Shown here: positions 10,310-20,603 of the stretch, in pieces
Position numbering within the stretch: the first letter of the stretch is position 1
Layout: every line of letters starts with the position of its first letter
NCBI GenBank assembly: GCA_030603365.1
Contig: JAUVXV010000010.1
Coordinates: 1-64,000, forward strand
Source of the DNA: Candidatus Heimdallarchaeota archaeon
GTDB lineage: Archaea > Asgardarchaeota > Heimdallarchaeia > Heimdallarchaeales > Heimdallarchaeaceae
Reading direction: 5' to 3'
DNA: 64,000 nucleotides
Notes under the pieces: generated by a model
Seen by the model: only the letters and a program-made list of their open reading frames with translations
The model's database searches: none
Told to the model about the DNA's origin: nothing
Program-made: the position numbers and the translations under genes

Positions 10310-11227
10310 ATGGTACAATACTCTTACTTTCCAGGATGTAATCTAAAAACAAATGCTAAAGGGTTTGAAGAAACTGCTATAGCTGTCAGTAAGAAATTGA
10401 ATGTTGAACTAGTTGAAATACCAAATTGGAATTGCTGTGGAACCGTACATACTATGACCTCAGACAATATCATGAAACGTATTGCACCTGTTCGAGTGTT
10501 ATCAAGATCAAAGAAACATATTGAAACACTTGAAGAATCGCCAAATCAAGTAGTTACTCTTTGTTCTATGTGTAATAGTACTCTAAAAATTGTTAGTAAG
10601 GAAGTTAGTGATAATCAAGACACTTTAGATAAAATCAATTATCAATTAGAAGATGATGAATTGACCTACGAAAATGATATAGAAGTAAAACATTTCCTAG
10701 AAATACTTCGAGATTCTGTAGGTTATGAAGGAATTTCCAAAAAAGTTGTAAAGCCACTTAAAGGATTGAAAGTTTCTCCTTACTATGGCTGCATGTTACT
10801 GCATCCAGAAGAGGCTAAGATTGATGATGAAGAAATGCCAGATGTATTGGAGAGCTTAGTTGAAAGTCTAGGTGCTGAACTAGTAATGTCTCCTTTATTC
10901 AAATATTGTTGTGGTTCTTATCACATTGTGGATCAAGAAAATATTGTTTCTTCTCAAGTTGAAAAAATTGTAGAAGCAGCAACAAGAAGAGGAGCAAATG
11001 CACTAGTAGTTGCATGTCCATTATGCTCATATAACATTGATCAACAACAGAAAGCTATGGCGAAGGAATCAGCAGGTTTCAAACCTATTCCAATTTTTTA
11101 CTTTACACAACTCATGGCTTTAGCAATGGGAGAACCTGTTAAAATCAATCATTTTAAAGAACATTTCATAAATCCTGAACCTCTCCTCAAGGAATTAGGA
11201 TTAATTGGGAGGAAAAAAACAAAATAG
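10310..11227 (+). CDS. hdrB: Heterodisulfide reductase subunit B
   Basis: Two CCG domains: FPGC...WNCCG...CSMC and YYGC...CCG...ACPLC; YFTQL motif. Confidence 0.92.
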   Translation: MVQYSYFPGCNLKTNAKGFEETAIAVSKKLNVELVEIPNWNCCGTVHTMTSDNIMKRIAPVRVLSRSKKHIETLEESPNQVVTLCSMCNSTLKIVSKEVSDNQDTLDKINYQLEDDELTYENDIEVKHFLEILRDSVGYEGISKKVVKPLKGLKVSPYYGCMLLHPEEAKIDDEEMPDVLESLVESLGAELVMSPLFKYCCGSYHIVDQENIVSSQVEKIVEAATRRGANALVVACPLCSYNIDQQQKAMAKESAGFKPIPIFYFTQLMALAMGEPVKINHFKEHFINPEPLLKELGLIGRKKTK

Positions 11228-11239
11228 AGGGTTAGAAAA

Positions 11240-11956
11240 ATGTCAAAGACAGAAACAAAAAAAGAGAATGCACTACCTACAGTAAAGATATACATCATGG
11301 GTTCAGCTCATGAAGTACCAGAATCCCTAACAATAATGAAGGCAATGGAGTATGCTGGTTTTAAAATTAAAAGAGGAGCTGGGTGTAGAGCAGGATTTTG
11401 TGGAGCATGTGGTACAGTTTATCGAAAAGCAGGGGACTATAGATTATACGCTGCTTTAGCATGTCAGACACAAGTCGAAGATGGTATGGTATTAACTCAA
11501 TTACCATTTATACCTGCTCCAAAAGGAATTTATGATATTGATACACTTCAACCTACAGAAAGTTCAATTTTGAGATATTATCCTGAGGTAGCAAGATGCT
11601 TGAGCTGTAACGCTTGTTCAAAGGTATGTCCTCAAGACATCCAGGTTATGGACTTTGTTCAATATAGTCTTCAAGGTCAGATTGATAAAGCTGCAGAAGT
11701 GTCTTTTGATTGTGTTCAATGTGGTTTATGTGCGATTAGATGTCCTGCAGAAATTCCACAATATCATGTTGGTATGCTTGCTAGAAGACTACATGGGAAA
11801 TACAACACAAGCACTCCAGAAACACTTTTGGAAAGAGTTGAAGAAATTGAAAACGGCACCTTTGAGCAGGGTTTTGAAGAACTGCTGTCTCTCTCTAAGG
11901 ATGGTTTAAAGAAACGATATACTGAACGAGATTTCGTTGATCAGAAAAAGGCGTGA
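11240..11956 (+). CDS. Soluble fumarate reductase/succinate dehydrogenase Fe-S subunit (TfrB/FrdB-like, no CCG domain)
   Basis: [2Fe-2S] motif GCRAGFCGAC...LAC plus two CxxCxxCxxxCP motifs; adjacent to the flavoprotein. Confidence 0.8.
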   Translation: MSKTETKKENALPTVKIYIMGSAHEVPESLTIMKAMEYAGFKIKRGAGCRAGFCGACGTVYRKAGDYRLYAALACQTQVEDGMVLTQLPFIPAPKGIYDIDTLQPTESSILRYYPEVARCLSCNACSKVCPQDIQVMDFVQYSLQGQIDKAAEVSFDCVQCGLCAIRCPAEIPQYHVGMLARRLHGKYNTSTPETLLERVEEIENGTFEQGFEELLSLSKDGLKKRYTERDFVDQKKA

Positions 11957-13626
11957 TAAAAATGAAGATGATAAAAGGTTATCCTGAAGATATGCGAAAA
12001 AGCATTGATAAAGTTAATAAAACAAGAAACAAGCGTATCGACCAAATTATAGAAGATTTATCTCTAGAAGAACGAAAAGAGGTTCTTGACAATTTTCACC
12101 CAGATTACAATCCAAAATATAAACGAGATATTTCTTGGGGAGTTAATAAAGGTGATAATGTACCCAATGAAGTTGCAGATGTTATTGAAAGCTATCCGAT
12201 GGTAAATCCAGATGATATAGATTTAAACCAAATCGATTATGATGTTAATATATTAATCATTGGTGCAGGAGGTGCTGGTACCTCTGCAGCATTATGGGCC
12301 AACTACTCTGGAGTACCAAAAGAGGAAATTCTACTAGTGACAAAACTCAGACTTGGAGATTGCAATACAGTCATGGCACAAGGTGGTATTCAAGCAGCTG
12401 ATCGTCCTGTAGATAGTCCATTAATTCATTATATGGATGCAATAGGAGGGGGACACTTTGAAAACAAACCTAAGCTGGTCAAAGCCTTAGTTAGTGATGG
12501 TCCGAAAATTATCAAATGGCATAAGGACCTTGGAGTAATGTATGATTGTACTGAAGATGGTAGTTTTATTGAGAATCCTGGAGGTGGTACATCAAGAAAT
12601 AGAATGCATTGTTCTAAGGATTACACTGGACTGGAGATGTTTAGAACATTAAAAGATGAGATAATAAATAAGGAAGTTCCATATCTAGAATTTTCTCCCG
12701 CTGTTGAGCTTATTACTGATGAAACTGGAGGAATAGCAGGAGCTGTTCTATATAACATCGAAACAAAACAATACTTTGTTGTTAGAGCTAAAACAACCAT
12801 CTTAAGCACTGGTGGTTTTGGAAGACTTCATGTAGCAGGTTTTCCAACATCTAATCACTATGGTGCAACTATGGATGGTGTAGTTATGGCTTATCGTGCA
12901 GGTGCTAAATTACGAGATTTAGATGCTACACAATTCCATCCAACTGGTGCAGCATTTCCAGAGCAAATTGTAGGACTACTGATTACTGAAAAAACTCGAA
13001 GTTTAGGAGGTCAAGTTCTTGGACGAAATGGAGAACAGATTTGCTATCCATTAGAACCTAGAGATGTTGAAGCTTCATCTATAATCAAATGTTGTGCAGC
13101 TACTGACAATTACATTGAAACTCCAACCCAAATGAGAGGAGTCTGGCTAGATAGTCCTTTAATTGAGGAAATTAAAGGAAAAGGAACTATCCTAAAGAAT
13201 CTTAGTGCTATGTATCGAATGATGAATAGGTTTGATATTGATATAACTGAAGATCCAATTCTTGTTTATCCTACCTTACATTACCAAAATGGTGGTGTAG
13301 AGCTTGATGAGAATTGTTACACATCTCTTAAGGGACTTTTAGCAGCAGGAGAAATTTCTGGAGGAGTTCATGGAAAGAATCGTCTTATGGGTAATTCTCT
13401 TCTAGAAATCAATGTATTCGGGAGAAGAGCAGGCATCACCGCTGCTAATGAATACAAGAAAAAGAGTACTGCTGGAAAGCTTACACTCGCTCATGTTCAT
13501 AAATCAATTAAATCTCTCGATGCTCTAAATCTAAAGGATAAAAGATATTCCCCCACTATTTTACCAGAATACAGAAGTGATAATGTTAGAGACAGATTAG
13601 TTCAACTCTACGAAACATCACTTTAA
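11953..13626 (+). CDS. Soluble fumarate reductase/succinate dehydrogenase flavoprotein (TfrA/FrdA-like)
   Basis: GAGGAG, AQGG, QFHPTG, E..R, HYQNGG and GVHGKNRLMGNSL motifs. Confidence 0.88.
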   Translation: MIKMKMIKGYPEDMRKSIDKVNKTRNKRIDQIIEDLSLEERKEVLDNFHPDYNPKYKRDISWGVNKGDNVPNEVADVIESYPMVNPDDIDLNQIDYDVNILIIGAGGAGTSAALWANYSGVPKEEILLVTKLRLGDCNTVMAQGGIQAADRPVDSPLIHYMDAIGGGHFENKPKLVKALVSDGPKIIKWHKDLGVMYDCTEDGSFIENPGGGTSRNRMHCSKDYTGLEMFRTLKDEIINKEVPYLEFSPAVELITDETGGIAGAVLYNIETKQYFVVRAKTTILSTGGFGRLHVAGFPTSNHYGATMDGVVMAYRAGAKLRDLDATQFHPTGAAFPEQIVGLLITEKTRSLGGQVLGRNGEQICYPLEPRDVEASSIIKCCAATDNYIETPTQMRGVWLDSPLIEEIKGKGTILKNLSAMYRMMNRFDIDITEDPILVYPTLHYQNGGVELDENCYTSLKGLLAAGEISGGVHGKNRLMGNSLLEINVFGRRAGITAANEYKKKSTAGKLTLAHVHKSIKSLDALNLKDKRYSPTILPEYRSDNVRDRLVQLYETSL

Positions 13627-13629
13627 AAC

Positions 13630-13677
13630 CCTTTTTTTTCTTTTCTTTCCCTCTATTTTTCGATTGTTTCCTTTTTG
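13630..13677 (+). terminator. Oligo-T archaeal terminator after the redox operon
   Basis: CTTTTTTTTCTTTTCTTT immediately after the stop codon. Confidence 0.55.
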
Positions 13678-13734
13678 ATTGTAAACATTTAAAACAGTCT
13701 TTACAGTATACTTCGGTAGTAGACCTAAGCATCG

Positions 13735-16700
13735 ATGCGAAGGGGGAGTAAAATGAAGAGAACAGGGATAAGAATTTCGTTTGTGTTAATCTTGGTTATT
13801 TTGACATTTTCATCAATAATCATAGTACCAGCACTACAAGATGATAGTTATAGTGGGGAACCAACCGAATCATTAGATGAAGAAACTAACTTTCCTAGTG
13901 AGAAAGAAGAAGATACTGATACAAAATTAGTTGAAGAAGCCAAATCTGATAATTATATTGAAGATGAATTTTTCGAAAAGTATGGATCGAGTAGTGGAGA
14001 TAAGAATATAGATTTTTCAACAAGTTTAAACATGAAATTGGCTTCGACACCTGAATCATTGTGGTCTAGTACAGATGTGCAACTGATTGTATCTTTTGAC
14101 AAAAGAAGTAGATTACTAGATGAGAAATTAACTATATTTCAACCAGAAATTCTAGATATTATGCCGCTGGCTATAGTTAATACAAATCTAGCAAAATTAG
14201 AACAGATTTACAGCATAAAAGGAGTGAAGGGAGTATACCTAAATGAGAATTATCAAATTGCAGAAGGTTGGAATCCAGAAGAAATTAATGATGACGCGGA
14301 ATTTCATACATATCCTTCCGAAGCTCTAATTGGAGCTAGAGAACTTTTAGATATGGGAATAGATGGAACTGGGATAAAAATAGCAATACTAGATACTGGA
14401 ATTGACAAATATCATCCTGATCTTGATGACATGGATAATAACCCTTATACCAATGACCCAAAAGTCATCTTAGAAAAATCCTTTATTGATTACGATGGAG
14501 ACGGAAACGCTGATACTGATACTTCAGATGGATATGGTCATGGAACTCACTGCGCTGGTATTGCAGCGGGGAATGGCATTCTTAAAGGAGTTGCTCCTAA
14601 TGCTTGGCTAATCAATGGCAGAATTGGGGATGATCGGGGATATCTTGAATTATCATGGTTGTTGAAAGCTATTGATTGGGCAGTAATAAGTGGAGCAGAT
14701 ATAATTTCCATGTCTTTGGGTTGGGGAATATATAATGTTATGCCACTATTAAATGAAGCAGCTGATTATGCTTGGGAAAGAGGTGTAATATTAACAGTTT
14801 CAGCAGGAAACAGCGGACCAGAATCTAGAACTACTGCGAGTCCAGGTATGGCTTCAAGATCAATAACTGTTGGAGCTTCAACAAGAGACAATACCATTAC
14901 TAGTTGGTCTAGTCGAGGGCCTTCAATAAATGGAATGATAGATCCTGATGTAGTAGCACCAGGCTCTAGTATACTTTCTACATATCCAGGGAATAGATAC
15001 TATGTAGCATCTGGAACATCAATGTCTGCACCAGCTGTAGCTGGAGTGGCTGCCTTACTTTTATCTTCCAATCCAGATGAGGATATTGGATTAGTCAGAA
15101 GTGCTATTATCAGTACCGCTACAGATTTGGGTTATCATGTTTTCACACAAGGAACAGGTTTAGTTAATGCAAAAGCAGCTTATGAATATTTACAGAATCC
15201 TAGTGTATATGCCTTTCCGGGTTTCTCTGAAACTTCTACTCTCGTACTTAGTCCCGGAGAGGAAATGGAGTACCAGTTTGATATTTATCTTGATGATTTT
15301 TATTCTTCGCTTAGTATCGTACCTGCTTCTGAACTAGTTCCCTATTTAACCACAGAAATCATTGATCCAGTTACTCAAGGTTGGGTTAGGGCAAAGATTT
15401 CTATTACAATGCCCATTGAATCCTTGAATAGCTCTTTGGAAATTAAGGACGGTTCAACTGTTTTATTTCAAGTTCCTTTATGCTTAGAGTTGGGTGTTCA
15501 ACAAAATGATGCAGGTTCAGGTACAGATGCGGGAGAATTGCTAACAGGGGCGGTTCCAGTAGCAATTGGAGACCACTTTTCAGGTCGAGTCCATCGAGAT
15601 GGTTGTGACTTTTATTCATTCCCAGTTGTCAAAGGACAAGGATATGGAATAAATTTGACACAAATAACAGATGAACTAGTTTTCACTTTACATGATGAAA
15701 ATGGTACAATGATGGATTATGAGTATGCTTGGGAATATAACATAGGAACAATTTTTAGTTTCGAAGCAATTAGTACAGGGGATTATTTTATCAATGCACT
15801 AAATATCTATAATGATCAACATGTAAATTACACTCTAGTTGCTTATACTACAGAACTGACACAAGATCCTATAGATATTATCTATTTAACGGGGAATTAT
15901 GATGATTATGCCATTGATGATGACGACAATGGTTTGTATGAAGAATTAGCTATTACAGTTGAGGTTTATGTAAATACACCAGGAGAGTATGAGTTTTATT
16001 ATCGTTTTCACCAAAAAAGATTTGATTACAACTTTCCAAAGTATTACTTGGGGAGTGATTTCATGATGCAATCACTTACTGAAGGATTTCATGAAATTGT
16101 TCTCACAATAGATGGTAAAACCCTTGAAGCTTCTGATTATAATGGTAATTACATCTTAGGATACTTTTCCATAGGTGATCTCTCAACTTATAGAACAATA
16201 TTAGCTGAGTATAATCTTTACACAACTTCAATTTATCGTAGTAACTGGTTTGAACAAATGGATAATAGGATGCTGTATTATTTCTTTGATGATGTGAATA
16301 TAGATAATTCTGGTGGTCCCGAATTATTGGAGATAAACGCTGTTTTTGTTTTTACTGAAGTTGGGACTCACCCAATCACAATGAGACTAATTGATTCGTC
16401 TCAGAATTACATTGTTGGTGGTGATCAAATTGAATTAGAGGTGCCAGAAGCAGGTGTTTATACTGTAAGTTTCACTTTTAGCCCACAAAATTTAGGCATA
16501 ATAAAAGACATAGTTTTAGCGAGTTTCAGTGGGAGCTGCTTTGAGGCTCAAATATTTGTTTACGAAAAAATCTCAAAAAATAAACTATTGGGATATGATC
16601 CACTAGTTTCATATTCAGTTTTAGATACAGCTACAGATACTGATAGTAATGGTAAATATGATTCTATTGAATTCACATTTATAGTGAACTCAAAAATTAG

Positions 16701-18591
16701 CGGGGATCTATCAGTTTATATGAGTACTGTGGTTAGTTTAGTGAATGAAACATCCATTCCTTCAAGTATGTATCATAGTCAATATGTCAATAAAGGCATG
16801 ACAGTTTTCAAAATTTCGTGGGAAGCTACGAGATTAAGACATCTACAAATCTTAGCTCCATTACTTTTTGCTGATGTTAGTTTGTACTTCAATAATGACG
16901 ATTATTATCTTGACTTAGCTGGTTACTACGTAACAAGAGCTTATAATTACATGGAATTTGAATATCCAAATGCTAGATTTACAGGATTCTTGGGATACGA
17001 AAAATTCTTCACAAATGATACAGGAGGTTATGAATTTACATTTGAAGTAACAGCAACAAAAACTGTTGATATTAAAATAAGAACAACAGTATCTGATTAT
17101 GATTCTGAGGACTATTTCTATGAATACATATACACCTATGCAACGGTTGTTGAAGGAAAAAACAACGTGACTGTTGTTCTAGATTATACAGCATTCGCGG
17201 AGGACAAATACACAGGAGATCTAATTATTTCTACTGTATACCTGTATAGATTTGATAATCAACTTCTTGATAGTTTGTATGATGTTGCTGTGATAGAGGA
17301 TACAAATTATCTAGATTTTATCAATTATTTTGATACTAATTTTATTGGTTTCCAGACAGAATTTGTAGATAATAATACGGATGGATTATATGAAGGAGTA
17401 TATCTTCATTTTACCGTTAATGTATCTAAAATTGGAACATATGATTATACTTTCTACACATATGATTTTCTAAGTTACTATTCTGATTATGGTGAAGTAA
17501 ACTTCAATTCGACTGGTATTTACAATATAACTTTCTTCTTTTCCGCAGAGCTTATAGTGAGAGAACTGGAAAGACCCATCCTTGATGGTAATTTATATCT
17601 AGAAAAAGTTACGGAGACATATTTATGGCAAGATTGGCAATATTTTGCGATTGACCTTAATAGAACAAACTTTGCATATGATCTTCCCTTTGAAGTATTA
17701 TCAGTGGAAGAAGATTTTGCTTATGATGTGAATGATGATGGGTTGTTTGATGGTATATCCTTTACAATAAAAGTGAACAATACAGTAGCAGGGTATCCCC
17801 AGCTCAGGCTTTATCTTAAAATCTACTCAGCAGAGATTTACATTCTTGATTCTCTGACTCTAGATACAATGGATGTGTATTATCCTGCAGGAATTCAGAA
17901 TATTACATTTACAATTCAATCATCTTATTTGAAATATATCTCTATTAGTATAGACGCCTTTGGAATAGAACCTATATTCGAAATCAAAATCGTTAATGCA
18001 ATCGCCGATGACAATGTAGGTGATTTTTTTGCTCTCAAAAGTATTCTTAATTTTAACAACACATACAATTTAGATGAGTTTGATATGAGACCTGCTATTC
18101 AAATCAATGAGGTCATAACAGAACTTGAAGAACCCTCTGTTGGAATTTATTCACAGACCATTCTTATCACAATAGTTCTTCAAATACATAGACTAATGGA
18201 TTTTGAGATAGAAATGAGTCTTCGTCTTCTAGAGGAAGGAGCATCTTCTTTCAATCCTACCCATTATGTGTCATTATTCTTTTATCCTACCGAAGAAGGA
18301 GAGTTTAATTACACTATTGTAGTTGATATTGAATCAATATTTGTTGGTAGAATTCCAGAGAGTATTGGATTAAGAGTATCATCTCTATATATTAATGACA
18401 TGGCAAGAAATAGAATTGATAAGTATTATGAGGACTATTATATTTACTATAATACAAACTTTGCACCAGTAACAACTGAGCCAACACCCACACCAACAAC
18501 AACTAAATCGGTTAATTCTATTGCTCCACTAATAGTTGGTTTTGCAGTACTAGCAGCGTTAATCATTAGAAAAAGAAAAAGAAGAAACTAA
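13735..18591 (+). CDS. Large secreted, membrane-anchored subtilisin-like (S8) serine protease
   Basis: Signal peptide; catalytic triad motifs LDTG, HGTHCAG, SGTSMS; oxyanion AGN; repeated DxxxNG/DG-Y/F modules; Thr/Pro linker, TM helix and basic tail. Confidence 0.92.
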   Translation: MRRGSKMKRTGIRISFVLILVILTFSSIIIVPALQDDSYSGEPTESLDEETNFPSEKEEDTDTKLVEEAKSDNYIEDEFFEKYGSSSGDKNIDFSTSLNMKLASTPESLWSSTDVQLIVSFDKRSRLLDEKLTIFQPEILDIMPLAIVNTNLAKLEQIYSIKGVKGVYLNENYQIAEGWNPEEINDDAEFHTYPSEALIGARELLDMGIDGTGIKIAILDTGIDKYHPDLDDMDNNPYTNDPKVILEKSFIDYDGDGNADTDTSDGYGHGTHCAGIAAGNGILKGVAPNAWLINGRIGDDRGYLELSWLLKAIDWAVISGADIISMSLGWGIYNVMPLLNEAADYAWERGVILTVSAGNSGPESRTTASPGMASRSITVGASTRDNTITSWSSRGPSINGMIDPDVVAPGSSILSTYPGNRYYVASGTSMSAPAVAGVAALLLSSNPDEDIGLVRSAIISTATDLGYHVFTQGTGLVNAKAAYEYLQNPSVYAFPGFSETSTLVLSPGEEMEYQFDIYLDDFYSSLSIVPASELVPYLTTEIIDPVTQGWVRAKISITMPIESLNSSLEIKDGSTVLFQVPLCLELGVQQNDAGSGTDAGELLTGAVPVAIGDHFSGRVHRDGCDFYSFPVVKGQGYGINLTQITDELVFTLHDENGTMMDYEYAWEYNIGTIFSFEAISTGDYFINALNIYNDQHVNYTLVAYTTELTQDPIDIIYLTGNYDDYAIDDDDNGLYEELAITVEVYVNTPGEYEFYYRFHQKRFDYNFPKYYLGSDFMMQSLTEGFHEIVLTIDGKTLEASDYNGNYILGYFSIGDLSTYRTILAEYNLYTTSIYRSNWFEQMDNRMLYYFFDDVNIDNSGGPELLEINAVFVFTEVGTHPITMRLIDSSQNYIVGGDQIELEVPEAGVYTVSFTFSPQNLGIIKDIVLASFSGSCFEAQIFVYEKISKNKLLGYDPLVSYSVLDTATDTDSNGKYDSIEFTFIVNSKISGDLSVYMSTVVSLVNETSIPSSMYHSQYVNKGMTVFKISWEATRLRHLQILAPLLFADVSLYFNNDDYYLDLAGYYVTRAYNYMEFEYPNARFTGFLGYEKFFTNDTGGYEFTFEVTATKTVDIKIRTTVSDYDSEDYFYEYIYTYATVVEGKNNVTVVLDYTAFAEDKYTGDLIISTVYLYRFDNQLLDSLYDVAVIEDTNYLDFINYFDTNFIGFQTEFVDNNTDGLYEGVYLHFTVNVSKIGTYDYTFYTYDFLSYYSDYGEVNFNSTGIYNITFFFSAELIVRELERPILDGNLYLEKVTETYLWQDWQYFAIDLNRTNFAYDLPFEVLSVEEDFAYDVNDDGLFDGISFTIKVNNTVAGYPQLRLYLKIYSAEIYILDSLTLDTMDVYYPAGIQNITFTIQSSYLKYISISIDAFGIEPIFEIKIVNAIADDNVGDFFALKSILNFNNTYNLDEFDMRPAIQINEVITELEEPSVGIYSQTILITIVLQIHRLMDFEIEMSLRLLEEGASSFNPTHYVSLFFYPTEEGEFNYTIVVDIESIFVGRIPESIGLRVSSLYINDMARNRIDKYYEDYYIYYNTNFAPVTTEPTPTPTTTKSVNSIAPLIVGFAVLAALIIRKRKRRN

Positions 18592-18632
18592 TTTTTTCTT
18601 CTTCCTCCATATTTTTATACATTGTCTTTAGT

Positions 18633-19205
18633 TTGAAGATGATGAATAACACTCTCATCTTCTTACGTCATGGTTCAACATTAATGAACCCAGAAACTCC
18701 TGCTGCTAGTTGGATACTCTCTGAGGAAGGAAAGAAAGAGGTTGTAGAGCTGGTTCAGACAGGAGTATTTGATGATATCAACATCATCATTTCATCTGAT
18801 GAACAAAAAGCGATTCAAACGGCAAAACCTCTTGCAGATAGACTACATAAAAAAGTTATTCTTGAAAAGAATTTTCGAGAATTGGAAAGAGGAACAGCAT
18901 CAATTAAAGAAAAACAAGATTACAATAGAGTAGTTATGAGAATTTTTGAAGACAAAGAATATTCTTATCAAACTTGGGAAACTGCTATTAATACCCTTAA
19001 GAGATTCAATAAAGGATTAGAAAAGATAGAGAGAAATTATTCAGATTCAAAAATCCTTGTAATTAGTCATAGAATAATTTTATCACTATACTTCGCAGAA
19101 TTGTTGAGAACTCCAGATACAGAAATTTTCAATAGATGGAAATTGTTGAGATTCTGTGCATGGGGAATTGTAAGAAAAAAGAAAATTCTGAAAGACATCA
19201 TCTAG
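18633..19205 (+). CDS. Histidine phosphatase (phosphoglycerate mutase-like) family protein
   Basis: LRHG, SS...A.QTA, RE and ISH motifs. Confidence 0.82.
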   Translation: MKMMNNTLIFLRHGSTLMNPETPAASWILSEEGKKEVVELVQTGVFDDINIIISSDEQKAIQTAKPLADRLHKKVILEKNFRELERGTASIKEKQDYNRVVMRIFEDKEYSYQTWETAINTLKRFNKGLEKIERNYSDSKILVISHRIILSLYFAELLRTPDTEIFNRWKLLRFCAWGIVRKKKILKDII

Positions 19206-19333
19206 AAGCGTTTTAGTACTAACTATTTTTCTAAAAAGGAAAAAATTATCATGAATCCTACAAAGGGTGATTCTTGATAAAGATCTATATAGATTTATTA
19301 CTATGACATGAATTTCGTACAAATTCTTTAGAA

Positions 19334-19478
19334 GTGTCTAGGACACATCATGGGGACGCCACATCCCCTCCTACACCGCCCACATCCTCTTAAAAGATGC
19401 TTACGGTTCGCTTTTTAAGGTTCGTTGGATGTAGCCTCGAGGATCACCATGAAGTTGGTGCATAGCTACAATCCTTCA
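19334..19478 (-). ncRNA. Candidate structured non-coding RNA (family unassigned; strand tentative)
   Basis: GC-rich patch in an AT-rich intergenic region with several hairpins; TTTAAATA box about 20-25 nt upstream on the minus strand. Confidence 0.35.
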
Positions 19479-19546
19479 ATATATAATCTACACTGGTTTA
19501 TTTAAACACCAAAAAATGTACAAAAAACCTCTTATATCATGCAGAT

Positions 19547-19753
19547 ATGAACGATTGGTCAATATTCCTAGCAATTTTCGCTGGTTTCTTAGTATTGGTT
19601 TTGATTGGTTATTGGATTTATTATAAAAACCATAATGTGAATAGAGAAAAACAACCAAGTCAATCTCCAGATGAGCTAGATAATGCTGATGAAGTAACCA
19701 AAAAAGAAATACTAAGACAAAGAGTTAGAACCTTTATAACTAGATATTTCTAA
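19547..19753 (+). CDS. Small single-pass membrane protein
   Basis: N-terminal hydrophobic helix followed by a charged tail. Confidence 0.6.
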   Translation: MNDWSIFLAIFAGFLVLVLIGYWIYYKNHNVNREKQPSQSPDELDNADEVTKKEILRQRVRTFITRYF

Positions 19754-19810
19754 CTCTTTCGCTTTTAAATTTCAAAAAATGTTTAAATATATTAATAGTA
19801 GACTCACTTC

Positions 19811-20269
19811 ATGAAATATGGATTAGCGGATATATTAAAAGATGCTTTAGATGCCCATGATGTTCATCATAATCCCAAAAAAATCCTAGATGACATTTCT
19901 CCAGATATTGCAAATATTAAACCTGGTTTTTCTATTTATTCAATCAATTGCATTATGTTTCACTTAAACTACTGGCAAGATGTATACATAGATATGTTAA
20001 CCAACAAGGAAGTAGGATATGATGGAGATCCTTCTGTTATATCTTGGCCAAATGAAGAGGAAAGAGGAAAATTAAAATTCCAACAATTGCTTGAGAGATT
20101 TTACAAGGGATTAGAGAAAATGAAAGAATTAATTGATAAGGTCGATTATCACGAAACGGTCCCTTCTTGGGGAGATGCATCTAAACTCAAGCTTATCATA
20201 ATTGTTTTTCAACACAATTCATATCATCTATCTCAGATTTATACAATCAAAAAACATCTCATGAAGTGA
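19811..20269 (+). CDS. DinB/YfiT-like protein
   Basis: SI..I.FHL.YWQ and HNSYHL.QI motifs. Confidence 0.8.
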   Translation: MKYGLADILKDALDAHDVHHNPKKILDDISPDIANIKPGFSIYSINCIMFHLNYWQDVYIDMLTNKEVGYDGDPSVISWPNEEERGKLKFQQLLERFYKGLEKMKELIDKVDYHETVPSWGDASKLKLIIIVFQHNSYHLSQIYTIKKHLMK

Positions 20270-20272
20270 AGA

Positions 20273-20539
20273 TTGATGAAGGGTACAATAACAGGAAAAT
20301 TGGTTATAGAAATAAAAGGGAAGGGTTCTCGTTCGGAAGGACCTGTGTACTGGATTATTCCTTCGGATGAATATAAAGATAGATGGGAGCAAATAATTGT
20401 CAGGAAAGAGGGTCTTTTGTGGCAAGAGGATCCTAATTTACATGGGTTTGTTGATCAAGAAGTAGAAATTTATGGAGATATAATAGAAACCCGAACATCA
20501 ATAACGATGGATTATATAGAAGTTAAAGAAAAAAACTAA
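20273..20539 (+). CDS. Hypothetical protein (small, beta-rich)
   Basis: Coding-like ORF with a GSRSEG motif. Confidence 0.6.
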   Translation: MMKGTITGKLVIEIKGKGSRSEGPVYWIIPSDEYKDRWEQIIVRKEGLLWQEDPNLHGFVDQEVEIYGDIIETRTSITMDYIEVKEKN

Positions 20540-20603
20540 AAATAACAGGTTAAATGGACTTGTTCATTTTTTCTAGTAATAACCTACCTATTCATTTTTT
20601 CAT

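Noticed and set aside
4574-11227. Methanogenesis or selenocysteine recoding suggested by mvhD/hdr
   Set aside because: The ORFs are full length with Cys at the relevant motifs and no in-frame TGA. There are no mcr or mvhAG genes here, and the Flx/Frd context explains Hdr.
19352-19368. SRP RNA Alu-like hairpin (GGGG..GGCGUCCCC on the minus strand)
   Set aside because: No complementary CGCC loop follows, there is no S-domain GGAA/AGCA motif, and the GC-rich region is too short.
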